The notes: generated by a model from the letters alone, not told the origin. DNA of 64,000 nt from a virus (IMGVR_UViG_3300046028_006919:12475-76474); one strand, 5' to 3'; shown: positions 49,367 through 59,502, numbered from the stretch's first letter. Made by a program: numbers and translations.

Positions 49367-49612
49367 TTATTTTTTTGTTTTTATTAATGTTGGTTTAAAA
49401 ATTAATCTTAGTCCGAACTCTTCGGAACCATTAGTGAGCACATCAATCTCATGTCTTGATAAAATATTGTTTTCAACAAATTCAGTCATTAGAACATATT
49501 TGTTGCAAACTGCTTTATATAAAACCATTAGTTTATCATTTTCCATTTTAAAAAATATATCATCACCATGTTGCGTTTTCTTAACAATTGGTTTTAACAT
49601 GTTTTTACCCAT
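49367..49612 (-). CDS. hypothetical protein
   Basis: 81-aa ORF in operon context. Confidence 0.5.
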   Translation of the reverse strand: MGKNMLKPIVKKTQHGDDIFFKMENDKLMVLYKAVCNKYVLMTEFVENNILSRHEIDVLTNGSEEFGLRLIFKPTLIKTKK

Positions 49613-51170
49613 TTAATTTAGCTCGTTCTCTTACTTCTTCAAAGGTCCATTCTTTAAGGATTTCACCATTTCTGAACACTTCAACCAGTTCGTCGGTTAC
49701 ACTATCGAAATCAGCATCCATCGATGTAACAGTTCTGTATGTACCATCTTCATTCTTAACCAATTTAAGTTTACCTTGTTTTGATTTTTTAAATGATTTG
49801 GTAATGTTGCCATCAGCATCCATTTCAGTTGGTGATTTAACAATGTTTCTTTCTTCACCATTAACGATTGCAAAACACGCTTTGGTGGCGAAGTTTTGTG
49901 TGTCGCGGTTGATGTCAGCTTGTAACAATTTACCACCCATACCCAACGCTAAGTTCTCTGGTGAAATACCTTCAAAGTCTAACATTTCATAGATTTCTTT
50001 AATTGATTCTAAGTTCACACCATCACCTTGGATAACACGCACTTGTGGTGGCAATACTTTGTAACCTTTATCATTCACAGTATATCCGAATTTATCGAAC
50101 AATATGTGGAAAATCTCTCTTAATGAATTGATTACGTGACCTGAGTCAGGTCTGATAACCAATTGATTACCTGGCTCACTTGGTCGTGATAATATAAGGT
50201 CAATAAGGTCTTGACCCCAATATTGTGAACATGCTCTAAAAATGTTGTAAGAATCAGACACACAAGCCACCAAACCAGTTGGGAACATGGTCAACACTTT
50301 TCTCATCATTTCCAATTCACCCTCTTCACCTTTAAGGGTCATGATAGAGTGTTCTGTTGCTGGAATAGATAAACCATAAATGATTTCTGTGTTGTAAATT
50401 TCTCTAATCATCTTAGAAGCAATTACAGTATCTGAACCCTTGAAATTCACCAAGTGCGCTGAACCACCAATCTTAGCTGATTGAACACTTGATACGCCAC
50501 GGAACCCAAAGTCATTCAACACAAAGTCAACCAAGAACTCACGTAACGCAGTGTCATAAGACGTACATTTTTGGAACGCAGAATCAACAATCTTTCTTAC
50601 TTCTCTAGAAAGAGTAGCAACCGTAATAGGGTACCATACTTGAAGCAAGATTGACTCTAAGAAGTTTGTCAACCAAGCACATTCTGGGTCAAGACTTTCA
50701 ATTGTAAACAACACGTTTTTGGTTTCAACGACAGTCCCTTCTGGAACAGCTTTGATACTGATAGGTAATTTACCATCATATTTGTCAACGATATAATCAA
50801 ACTTGCTTCTGTCAAATACATCATCACGACCGAAGACACCTAATTTGGTACCTAAGTATTCGTAAGCTTCATCAACTTCTTCTTTTACGATTGCAATACC
50901 CTCAAGGTATTGTTTAAGGATAATTTGTAGACCGTAAAATACAGTGGTATTAAATTTACCACCTCTAGATTCCAAATATGAAATCATTTTGGTCATTTCA
51001 ACACCGTAGAATCTGTGGTGTGAATATTTGTAAGCATCGCTACACAAGATAAGGTTATCTGGTTTAACAAGTACTTTTGATAATACTTTTTGGATTGATT
51101 TGATATCATTCAAATCAGCGTTGGCTAACGCTCTCTCTAGTCTTCTGACTAAGTTTCTTTGTATACTCAT
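49605..51170 (-). CDS. nadV: nicotinamide phosphoribosyltransferase (NAMPT/NadV)
   Basis: SDAYKYSH, DFGFRG, GSDT, PATEHS, VSDSY, IRPDSG, IQGDG, GGKLLQ and KKSKQG motifs. Confidence 0.92.
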   Translation of the reverse strand: MSIQRNLVRRLERALANADLNDIKSIQKVLSKVLVKPDNLILCSDAYKYSHHRFYGVEMTKMISYLESRGGKFNTTVFYGLQIILKQYLEGIAIVKEEVDEAYEYLGTKLGVFGRDDVFDRSKFDYIVDKYDGKLPISIKAVPEGTVVETKNVLFTIESLDPECAWLTNFLESILLQVWYPITVATLSREVRKIVDSAFQKCTSYDTALREFLVDFVLNDFGFRGVSSVQSAKIGGSAHLVNFKGSDTVIASKMIREIYNTEIIYGLSIPATEHSIMTLKGEEGELEMMRKVLTMFPTGLVACVSDSYNIFRACSQYWGQDLIDLILSRPSEPGNQLVIRPDSGHVINSLREIFHILFDKFGYTVNDKGYKVLPPQVRVIQGDGVNLESIKEIYEMLDFEGISPENLALGMGGKLLQADINRDTQNFATKACFAIVNGEERNIVKSPTEMDADGNITKSFKKSKQGKLKLVKNEDGTYRTVTSMDADFDSVTDELVEVFRNGEILKEWTFEEVRERAKLNG

Positions 51171-51172
51171 AA

Positions 51173-51796
51173 TTATTTTATTTTTACGTTTTCAAAATCA
51201 ACATGTAAGTCAGTAGTAAATTCTTTCCCATATCTGTTTTTAACAACCTTGATATAAACATTTGGTTCTTTTTTCCAAAACATAAGTTTGTTCAACAATC
51301 TAACAAAAAATGTTTTTTCTTTTGATTCTTTTCGAGTAACAACTGCAAATATATCCGTAGAATATAACGGAACCTTGTTGGTTTCAACCACACCTTCTTG
51401 TGGTTTAAATCGGTTTAATTGAATGCTAGTAATAACAGCAACACCATAATGTTTAGACAATTCAGATATTTTTTCAAATTGATTTGGTTTAACTTGATAA
51501 TCAACCACTATTAAATCATAATCCTTTTTGAAATAAGGTTCCAAATCAGTTTCATTTAAACCAACTGACAAAACTGTTAGTTTTCCATTAAACTCCTTTG
51601 TACCTAAACATCTATTAAATCTTTTAAGAATATGCATTGCTTTGGTTTCAGTCAAAAACAATATCTTTTTACCATCCGAATAACATTCAGCTGCAAGTAT
51701 TGTTAATAATGTTGATTTACCGCTACCAAAATATGAAGCAAATGTCACTCTTGGATTGGTGTCTAGGTCTATGTTTAAAAGTTCTTTTAGTTCCAT
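51173..51796 (-). CDS. RecA/DnaB-fold P-loop NTPase-like protein
   Basis: GSGKST, IVVDY, QLNR and KNRYG motifs. Confidence 0.7.
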   Translation of the reverse strand: MELKELLNIDLDTNPRVTFASYFGSGKSTLLTILAAECYSDGKKILFLTETKAMHILKRFNRCLGTKEFNGKLTVLSVGLNETDLEPYFKKDYDLIVVDYQVKPNQFEKISELSKHYGVAVITSIQLNRFKPQEGVVETNKVPLYSTDIFAVVTRKESKEKTFFVRLLNKLMFWKKEPNVYIKVVKNRYGKEFTTDLHVDFENVKIK

Positions 51797-51797
51797 T

Positions 51798-52778
51798 TTA
51801 TTTAATTAAATTGTCGGTTACAACTTTTTGTAAGAATATTTTCATTAACTCAACATGCTCTGGAACAATCTTATCTTCAAGTGTCCACGTGTATTTGATT
51901 GGTGGGACGTGACCATCACCAAGACTTGGTTCTTGTGTATGTTCAAATAAATCAGACAAGTCAAACCATTTAACTTCGGCAATGTCATCAGAAGCTTCTG
52001 GCATACCCATTTGGTCCCATTCATAGAATAAGAACAAACTGGTCATGATACCAGAATCTTCTCTTTCATAACGCCAATCTACTATTTGTTTGCTAGCGAT
52101 ATACGTAGGTTTTAAACCAGAAAGTTTGGTTTCCTCGTATAATTCTCTACGAGCGGCTGTTTCATAACAATCATCAGTTCTATCTACAAAACCACCAACG
52201 AACCTAAACTTATCTTCGGCTGGTTTTCTAGCCAAAAGTATCTGACCATCATAGTTTGCAACTACGATATCAACTGTTGGGTAAGTTACTGGACGTTGCT
52301 TGGTGATACCATAGATAACACCCGCTCTAAATTCATCTGAATCTAAAACTTCACTAGCAGCATTTGCTCTTATGTCAGTCGCATTATGAGATTCAATAGC
52401 TTCTAACATTTGAGTTTTATGTTTACCATGATAGTGAGCCATAAAAGAATCTCGACTACCATACAATATGGCTTCTTTTTCAGGGAATATTGTTGATAAT
52501 ACATTGTCAACATTCTCAGACCATTTTTCGTCGCTCCTATGGTCTGGTAACGCCATTATGATTGCTTCTGGGCATTTCTCTTGAATTAGCTTTCTACGGG
52601 TAGCAAAGTCTAAAGGGTTTCTTTTAGTGTTTTGAATTCTTGGTATACCCAAAAATATAACTACATTTGAATGCATTTCAGAAATTTTATCTAAAACACC
52701 TACATGACCTTCATGTAAATATGGTGTTTGAAAACGCCCAATCATAACACCCACTTCATTTTTTTTAATATCTTCCAT
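51798..52778 (-). CDS. bifunctional NMN adenylyltransferase / Nudix ADP-ribose pyrophosphatase (NadM-Nudix, NatV-like)
   Basis: GRFQ...HEGH, NPL, NATDIR; Nudix box GGFVD...ETAARRELYEET; ASDD. Confidence 0.9.
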   Translation of the reverse strand: MEDIKKNEVGVMIGRFQTPYLHEGHVGVLDKISEMHSNVVIFLGIPRIQNTKRNPLDFATRRKLIQEKCPEAIIMALPDHRSDEKWSENVDNVLSTIFPEKEAILYGSRDSFMAHYHGKHKTQMLEAIESHNATDIRANAASEVLDSDEFRAGVIYGITKQRPVTYPTVDIVVANYDGQILLARKPAEDKFRFVGGFVDRTDDCYETAARRELYEETKLSGLKPTYIASKQIVDWRYEREDSGIMTSLFLFYEWDQMGMPEASDDIAEVKWFDLSDLFEHTQEPSLGDGHVPPIKYTWTLEDKIVPEHVELMKIFLQKVVTDNLIK

Positions 52779-52848
52779 TATTAATATTTTTTTACAATGC
52801 AAATATACATAAAAAAACCCAATAAAAAAATTTATTGGGTATTTTTTT

Positions 52849-54168
52849 TTAATTTACAAAACCCATTTTGGATTTTTCTTTATCTATTTGACTCAAATAA
52901 AAACCTTTATAAGATTCTTTGATTAAACTTATTGTATCATCAACAGTCCAGTTATCATCTTCTTCAGACATTTCAACAATGTTTTCAGCCAAATTAGCAA
53001 TAAAAGCACCAGTAATGTTTGGTTTCTTACCATTTATGTTTTCCGTCAAAGCTTCGTATACTTCTTTTAATCTCCATTTTTCAGGTAAATGAATATCACA
53101 AACTTTGATAATTTGTTCTTGGTCCAAAAACGTGTAGTCTAAAGTAAAATTAAATCTACCTGGTCTCTCAGCTGCTTTATCAACAAGTCCTTTGTCATTG
53201 GTTGAAGCCAAAAGACTGATTTTACGTTTTTTAACACCGTCAAAAAATGATAAAAATTGACCTAGCATTCTAGTATAAGAACCATTATCGCGTGAACCCA
53301 AATATAAATCAATATCATCCATGATGATTACCGAGTTTTCAAAAATCTCACATGCTTCCATGATTGAGTTTAGGTCACCAGTAGTGGTGAAATCTGGGAT
53401 AATAAATGTAACATTTGGTATCAAACGACGACATATTTCACGAATACTTTCAGTCTTTCCAGTACCTGGTTCTCCATTCAACAAATATCTAGCACTACCA
53501 CCTCTGGCAACACGAGTAATAAAATGGTCAATATATCTACGTTGAACTTCGGTCATAATTAGTTCGTTAGAAGCTTCTTTGATATCTATCACTGAAATGC
53601 CTTTAAAACGACCTTCAATCAAAGAAATTTTAACACACTTACCTTTGTATTCAGAATTATTAAACGCAAGTGATTTAACTTTTTTAAACGTTTCTTCAAA
53701 TTGTTTGTATTTCAAACCTTTTTTACTTGTGATATGGACTTGATTGATTAAATCACCCCTACCATCTGTAAACATTTTAGTTTGGATAAACCAATCGTTA
53801 TCGTCGCCAGCAAATGTACAGTTAAACCAAAAAGAATCTACGTTGTTAAAAGAACCGCCAATGCTGATTCTACCAACATTATCAGTATCACCATACATCT
53901 TAACACTTATATCCTTTGTTTCTTTTTTAACATATAAATCATGAAAATAAGAATTTATGATAGAAAATTCAACAAAAGATACTTCTTCAGTATGCTCATT
54001 GCTGGTGTAATCGTCAAATTCATCTTCTTCAGGGTCAATTTGTGTATTTTCTGGGTCTACGTACTTAATTTCTAATTCATCCATATTTTTCTTTTCTTTA
54101 TTTGTTCCTTTAATAGCTTCTAATAAAAACTCTGTTGTTAATCCTCTAGCTATGTTTTTTTCTGACAT
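52849..54168 (-). CDS. AAA+ ATPase
   Basis: GEPGTGKT, IIMDDID, STN and RPGRF motifs. Confidence 0.9.
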   Translation of the reverse strand: MSEKNIARGLTTEFLLEAIKGTNKEKKNMDELEIKYVDPENTQIDPEEDEFDDYTSNEHTEEVSFVEFSIINSYFHDLYVKKETKDISVKMYGDTDNVGRISIGGSFNNVDSFWFNCTFAGDDNDWFIQTKMFTDGRGDLINQVHITSKKGLKYKQFEETFKKVKSLAFNNSEYKGKCVKISLIEGRFKGISVIDIKEASNELIMTEVQRRYIDHFITRVARGGSARYLLNGEPGTGKTESIREICRRLIPNVTFIIPDFTTTGDLNSIMEACEIFENSVIIMDDIDLYLGSRDNGSYTRMLGQFLSFFDGVKKRKISLLASTNDKGLVDKAAERPGRFNFTLDYTFLDQEQIIKVCDIHLPEKWRLKEVYEALTENINGKKPNITGAFIANLAENIVEMSEEDDNWTVDDTISLIKESYKGFYLSQIDKEKSKMGFVN

Positions 54169-54180
54169 ATTTTTTTGTTT

Positions 54181-54771
54181 TTAATGGTGGTCCACCGATT
54201 CAATTTCTCTGCTTTTCATCACCTCTTTTATTTGAGCGTAACTAACAGGTTTATAATCCCATCCATTGCAACCCATATCCAAAACTTTTCTTTTGTAATA
54301 GTCTGGATTGTTAGGTACTAAACTCTGATGACAGTGCCCATGTAAGTGCCAGTCACCATGGTGAGCTTTATCCCATGATAATATAGGATAGTGCATTATG
54401 ATAATCCCTTGTTGTTTTCTAGGATTATCTAGGTCCGATACAGATAGATTTATGTAATCACTAACTGTTTCAAACCTACCCAATTTTCTGATATCTTTAT
54501 CATTGTCATGGTTACCCAATACGAAATGTATTTTACCGTTTAATTGGTCTACTATGGATTTGGCTGTCCCACCTGAGCGGTCGAAGCATAAATCCCCCAT
54601 ATAGATTACGGTATCGTTAACACCAACCAATTCGTTCCAGTTCTCTATCAGAGTATGGTCCATTTCTTGCACATTGGCAAATGGTCGGTTATCGTATTTG
54701 ATAATATTAGCATGACAAAAATGATAATCAGACGCAAACCAAATGTTTTGGTTATCTATTTTTAATCTCAT
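54181..54771 (-). CDS. calcineurin-like phosphoesterase (phage type)
   Basis: SDYHFCH, GD, GNHD, HYP and HGHCH motifs. Confidence 0.9.
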   Translation of the reverse strand: MRLKIDNQNIWFASDYHFCHANIIKYDNRPFANVQEMDHTLIENWNELVGVNDTVIYMGDLCFDRSGGTAKSIVDQLNGKIHFVLGNHDNDKDIRKLGRFETVSDYINLSVSDLDNPRKQQGIIIMHYPILSWDKAHHGDWHLHGHCHQSLVPNNPDYYKRKVLDMGCNGWDYKPVSYAQIKEVMKSREIESVDHH

Positions 54772-55354
54772 TTTTTTCTAATTGTTCTTTTAATTTTAGG
54801 AGTGCATTACTAGCATCCCCTAATGAATAAGTTGCACCTTGTTTCTTAGGTTCAATTTTTTTGATTTTACTTTGAAGACTTTCATCCCCAATTTGTTTTG
54901 CTCTTTCTAAGAACGATTCTCGTCTTATATCACCCAACAACCAACTGACGTGTTTATCACCATTTAAAGATTTTGTTATAACCCAATCAAAAAAATCTTG
55001 ATAAGATTCTAAAGACATAAATGTTGTTGTGTTTTCACCACTAACACCTAACTTTTTATCACCAATCAATTTTTTAATCGGTGTAATACTAGGTGTTTTG
55101 TCATCCAAAGCTAATTTAAGGCTATCAAACAAATTCTTTTTAAACTCTTCCGTTTGAGTTCCTTCTAACACTTCTTGAATTGAGAATAATTGAACGTTTG
55201 TTAGAACACAATTAAACGGTCCTTTTGGTTTGTCAAAAACTCTTTCAGCTTTTGAAATTGGAACGTATGAGCGCACCAAATGGTTTAAGAAGTTTCTTTT
55301 TTTACTGTCTGCTAGCATAGCATCTAGCTTGCTAAAAATTTCGTCTTTGGTCAT
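54752..55354 (-). CDS. hypothetical protein
   Basis: 200-aa ORF. Confidence 0.7.
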   Translation of the reverse strand: MTKDEIFSKLDAMLADSKKRNFLNHLVRSYVPISKAERVFDKPKGPFNCVLTNVQLFSIQEVLEGTQTEEFKKNLFDSLKLALDDKTPSITPIKKLIGDKKLGVSGENTTTFMSLESYQDFFDWVITKSLNGDKHVSWLLGDIRRESFLERAKQIGDESLQSKIKKIEPKKQGATYSLGDASNALLKLKEQLEKNEIKNR

Positions 55355-55371
55355 TTTATTTTAGATTACGA

Positions 55372-55764
55372 TTATATTTCTGAAATTATACTAGAAACTA
55401 GTTTCATGTCGGCTAGTCCTTTATGTTCTTTACTGAACTGACCCATTATTTGACCAGCGTTGGTTAAACCAGTCGATTTGTAACCGCTAACGATTTCTCT
55501 AATTTGGTCCTCAGACATAAACTTAGGTAAATATGGTTCCATGTATTGTAATTCAACCAAGGATTCAGCTGTGTCGGTTTGTTTAAGCGATTTTTCCATT
55601 CTACGAAGAATAGTTAACGTGTTTCCATCACCGCTAACAGCATTTGGACGAGTTTCTTCGTTTTGAATTTCACTTTTCAATAACCCCAAGAAATTTTTTC
55701 TTTGAAAGTCTTGCGATTTAAACGCTGTAATAAAATCAACGTTTATTCTTTCTTTAATTGTCAT
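55372..55764 (-). CDS. GatB/YqeY domain protein
   Basis: LKSEIQNEE, YLPKFMSEDQI and GQIMG...GLADMKLVS motifs. Confidence 0.85.
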   Translation of the reverse strand: MTIKERINVDFITAFKSQDFQRKNFLGLLKSEIQNEETRPNAVSGDGNTLTILRRMEKSLKQTDTAESLVELQYMEPYLPKFMSEDQIREIVSGYKSTGLTNAGQIMGQFSKEHKGLADMKLVSSIISEI

Positions 55765-55769
55765 AATAA

Positions 55770-56057
55770 TTAAATTTTGTTAATATAATAATAATGGTAA
55801 CTGTTATCACCATCAACGGCATAATACGCTAGTGACAATTCACCTTTTTGTACTCTATCAGATATGTGTTTACGTTCTTCAATATCTGCATTTGACGCTA
55901 CACGCAATGTTTTAAAATCGATTTTACGTTTTTTTTCTTCTTTGTTTGGAACCTCAACAACTGATATTTTTTCTGGCACTTCAATCACCTCTCTTTTTTT
56001 TGGGGTGACTGGTTTAACCATTGATTTTACTTCAGATTTTTTTCTTTCTTGACTCAT
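55770..56057 (-). CDS. hypothetical protein
   Basis: ORF with own promoter. Confidence 0.6.
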   Translation of the reverse strand: MSQERKKSEVKSMVKPVTPKKREVIEVPEKISVVEVPNKEEKKRKIDFKTLRVASNADIEERKHISDRVQKGELSLAYYAVDGDNSYHYYYINKI

Positions 56058-56084
56058 ACATTGCAAATATACAATTTAAAAACT

Positions 56085-56591
56085 TTAAAAACAATCTTTT
56101 TTATCATTTTTTTTATATAACTCAAACCTAAACTTATGTCCGTTTTCTTCGTGCATTTCGCTACCTTCTATCAAACACCAATCTTCAGTTTCTAAATCTT
56201 CTAAATAAACATCACCTTCAACCTCACTATAAATCTGTGTTAAATACAATCTATGAGCGTATTTAAAAGCTTCCTTGTACAAACCAGCACCACCTATGAT
56301 AAAAACTTCTTTATCACTATGTTCATACATCTTTAAAAGTTTTCCTAAATCATCAGATACAGTAGCACCATTGGCTACATAGTTCTTATCACGACTCATT
56401 ACAATATTTGTTCTGTTAGGTAATGGTCTATACTTCTCTGGTATGCTCTCCCAACACTTTCTACCCATTACAACAATGTGTCCTTTGGTTGTTTCTTTGA
56501 AATATTTCATGTCAGTTGGCAAATGCCATGGCAAGTCATTATCTTTACCGATAACTAAATTAGTTGATGTCGCTACTATTATGTTTATCAT
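56085..56591 (-). CDS. folA: dihydrofolate reductase
   Basis: IGKDNDLPWHLPTDMKYFK, VMGRK, RPLPNR and IIGG motifs. Confidence 0.95.
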   Translation of the reverse strand: MINIIVATSTNLVIGKDNDLPWHLPTDMKYFKETTKGHIVVMGRKCWESIPEKYRPLPNRTNIVMSRDKNYVANGATVSDDLGKLLKMYEHSDKEVFIIGGAGLYKEAFKYAHRLYLTQIYSEVEGDVYLEDLETEDWCLIEGSEMHEENGHKFRFELYKKNDKKDCF

Positions 56592-56865
56592 CTTTTTGTT
56601 GTTTTAAACTTTCTTCTGTTATTGATACTAGAGTGTGTTTGTCGTAAGTCATTACATCAAACACAACTGAACGACCTTGGTTTAACCAACGCTTAAAAAT
56701 AAGCTCACCTTTGGCGTTGAATAGGTATAGTTCATCCCCATGAATTTCTTTTCTAAACGTACCTTGCATTTTGTTTATAGATTGAGAATTAAATTCTGAA
56801 ATCGCAGTTAAGTTCTTCCCTTTTATTGTTAAGTTTTTTAACCAATTTGGTATAAAATTCTTCAT
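56560..56865 (-). CDS. hypothetical protein
   Basis: ORF; the true start may be Met at 56769. Confidence 0.5.
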   Translation of the reverse strand: MKNFIPNWLKNLTIKGKNLTAISEFNSQSINKMQGTFRKEIHGDELYLFNAKGELIFKRWLNQGRSVVFDVMTYDKHTLVSITEESLKQQKDDKHNSSDIN

Positions 56866-56989
56866 TGTTTGATTGTTGTCTAAAAATTTCTAAATAGTTT
56901 TCAGCGTTACCCACATGGTCACATGTTGTACATGAAGCTATAATATTGCTAGCTTTTTGGACCGCTTTGATTAATTCTTCATTATCCAT
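56789..56989 (-). CDS. hypothetical protein
   Basis: 66-aa ORF. Confidence 0.55.
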   Translation of the reverse strand: MDNEELIKAVQKASNIIASCTTCDHVGNAENYLEIFRQQSNNEEFYTKLVKKLNNKREELNCDFRI

Positions 56990-56993
56990 AACA

Positions 56994-57236
56994 TTATTTT
57001 AAGTCTTTATTTAACCTGACAATAATCTGAGTAAGAGTTTCGTTTGCGTTGGCGTAACCATTATCCTCAGCAACACCAACCATAAAACACAAAGCTTCAG
57101 TAAGACATTTTATATCTGTAGTAATTACATCTTTGGCTTCTTCAGCTGTTGTAGGTGGTGAAACTTCTTCTGGTTTGTTAATAGATATCGGAGTTTTGCT
57201 TTCAGTGTCGATACTAATATTTATTACTGTTTTCAT
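56994..57236 (-). CDS. hypothetical protein
   Basis: ORF with own promoter. Confidence 0.6.
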   Translation of the reverse strand: MKTVINISIDTESKTPISINKPEEVSPPTTAEEAKDVITTDIKCLTEALCFMVGVAEDNGYANANETLTQIIVRLNKDLK

Positions 57237-57356
57237 TGTTTTTTTTACAAATATACTAATTATTTTATAAAACACCAACATTTGTATTAAAATTTACTTA
57301 AAGAAGAAATCTATAGGTCAAGGTTAAAAAAAAAGAGGGGCAACACCCCTCTTTTT

Positions 57357-58838
57357 TTAATATGTAAATTCATGCCAAGTGTCATAATTTTTACCCAATG
57401 CATCCATTGCCAGTTCAACCTCTTTTAAACATTCGTCGATACCTCCACCAACTAGGACTATATTATCATAAGAATCCAAAAAATCCATTAAGTCTGGAAT
57501 ATTGATACAGACTTCGGAATCGTCCATTAATTCTCTGATGTTTTTAGAACCATATTGTTTAATAAAAGCTTTCCAGAACTTTTTATCCAACTCTCTGGAA
57601 TCATTTATATCGTTATCTCGCATAAACTTAACTAAATTAACCAATTCTTCATCATTACCACCACCGTCCATACAATCTCTAAAAAATGCGTAACCTTTAT
57701 CGTATAATCTAGCACCGTAAGCTATGTCCTCATCCAACCCGTTATCCATTAACCAATCCCTATAATCGCTCTCAGATACCATACCCATAGTATCTTCACC
57801 GTTGTATAAGAATGTTAACCCAGCTAACTCATTTATATGTGTGTTAATGTATTCAAACAATTCATATTGCATTTTATTCATATAAGGTGCGTATTCTGGT
57901 TGAACGTCAACAACTACCAAATGTTTACCAACAGCATTTTCAGTAATCAATGGTGTGTTTTCGTTAATTTCACCAGTTGCTGATTTATCGTTGTGTTTTT
58001 TGATGATATCTAACATTTGATAATAAGCTTGAGATAACCTTCTCATAAGCCTTTTTCTGAAATTTGGTGTCATTTTCTCATAAGCACCAAAGTTACGCTC
58101 AAATTGATTTTTAACGCTACTGAATGGAACTGGTATCAAATAACCCTTGGGTTTATTTCTATCCATCCCATTGTTAGTTATATAAAATTGAACTTCTCTA
58201 ATTGCTTGGGTAAACCTAGCGTTTATTTCGTATTCAAGCTTATCGTAGTCGTCGCGTTGTTTAGGGGTTATAGGTGTACCTTTAGGTTGTGGTGGGTAAT
58301 TTTTATCGTAATCATGACTTCTTTTAGTCGACATATACATATTTTCACTCCTCCATGAATCATACGCATGTTGTAATTCATGTAATATGGTTGAGATGGT
58401 TTTTCTATCATATAAAATACGATGTACTTGATTGCACATTTTATCATATATCCCTTGATTAATTTGTTTTTCAGATTTTAATACTGGGAAAACTACAGTT
58501 TCAATAGCTTTTTGTAAAACAGATGCTTTATACCTTACAATTATATCACCATTGTTTTCAGGGTGTGCTACGAACTCACCTAAAGAATCTAACTTTCCAC
58601 TATATCTAAAACCTAAATCATATTCATTAACAAACAAATTTAATTTTGAATAATTCCCTCTGTTTATTTTTGTAAATATATCTGAAATTCTATCAACAAC
58701 ACTTAAACTATTTCCATTGTTTATCGTTTCATTTACAAAATATCTAATACTAGTCATAAACACATCCTCAGCTAAATTTTGCAATTCAACGTGGATATTC
58801 ATGTCTTCTCTAAGTAATTGTTTGATTAATCCTTTCAT
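57357..58838 (-). CDS. fusion of a zincin-like HExxH domain and an isochorismatase/nicotinamidase-like domain
   Basis: HELQH...E.NAR; C-terminal VVVDVQP, DKGY and GGGIDECL (Asp-Lys-Cys triad). Confidence 0.6.
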   Translation of the reverse strand: MKGLIKQLLREDMNIHVELQNLAEDVFMTSIRYFVNETINNGNSLSVVDRISDIFTKINRGNYSKLNLFVNEYDLGFRYSGKLDSLGEFVAHPENNGDIIVRYKASVLQKAIETVVFPVLKSEKQINQGIYDKMCNQVHRILYDRKTISTILHELQHAYDSWRSENMYMSTKRSHDYDKNYPPQPKGTPITPKQRDDYDKLEYEINARFTQAIREVQFYITNNGMDRNKPKGYLIPVPFSSVKNQFERNFGAYEKMTPNFRKRLMRRLSQAYYQMLDIIKKHNDKSATGEINENTPLITENAVGKHLVVVDVQPEYAPYMNKMQYELFEYINTHINELAGLTFLYNGEDTMGMVSESDYRDWLMDNGLDEDIAYGARLYDKGYAFFRDCMDGGGNDEELVNLVKFMRDNDINDSRELDKKFWKAFIKQYGSKNIRELMDDSEVCINIPDLMDFLDSYDNIVLVGGGIDECLKEVELAMDALGKNYDTWHEFTY

Positions 58839-58959
58839 ATAAGTTTATGCGTTTTTTAATCTACTAATGATTTCTTCGTTTTTCTTAATAACGGTGTTTC
58901 TTTTTACTTGATTACCTCTGTTTGCTTTAGGTTTCCCTATTTTTTTAGATTTTGACATT

Positions 58960-59430
58960 TTAAATTTTTTTTATCATTTTTTTATTTTTAACTGCAAATA
59001 CGAATTCATTAGGAAATCCAGCATCTTCACCATATATCGCATCACATTCGTTAAACGCATTAATAAACTTATTTACAGTTTCTTTAGGGAAAGCTAATGC
59101 AAACCTAGATAATGGTTCTTTATATTTTGATTCTATAGATTCCTCACCTATAACGAAAATACCTTGAATCTTATTATAGAAATTACCATTTATACCAGTT
59201 TTATCTTTATATAATTTGTTCCAATATTCTAGGTTTAATATTTTAGTGTTATCAGTATTGATTAAAAATTTATTTTCATAATCACCAAAATGTGAAGCAT
59301 ATTCTTTGTTAACAGCAAAATATTCTATTGGAGAATATTCTGAGTCATAGTCTTTATCCAAATATCTATACACTGTAACCAAACTTTCATGAATATTCAT
59401 GATTTTATTAATCATTTCTCTAATTTCCAT
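58960..59430 (-). CDS. hypothetical protein, possibly ADP-ribosyltransferase-like fold
   Basis: VYR...YFA...YA..FG...D...E pattern; weak. Confidence 0.45.
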   Translation of the reverse strand: MEIREMINKIMNIHESLVTVYRYLDKDYDSEYSPIEYFAVNKEYASHFGDYENKFLINTDNTKILNLEYWNKLYKDKTGINGNFYNKIQGIFVIGEESIESKYKEPLSRFALAFPKETVNKFINAFNECDAIYGEDAGFPNEFVFAVKNKKMIKKI

Positions 59431-59470
59431 AGATGTATTTACAATTTATTATAAATATCCCGTTAAAAAC

Positions 59471-59498
59471 AAAAAAACCTATACATAGTATAGGTTTT
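59471..59498 (-). terminator. terminator after the RNase P RNA
   Basis: AAAACCTATAC/GTATAGGTTTT hairpin plus U-tract. Confidence 0.8.
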
Positions 59499-59502
59499 CA
59501 GT

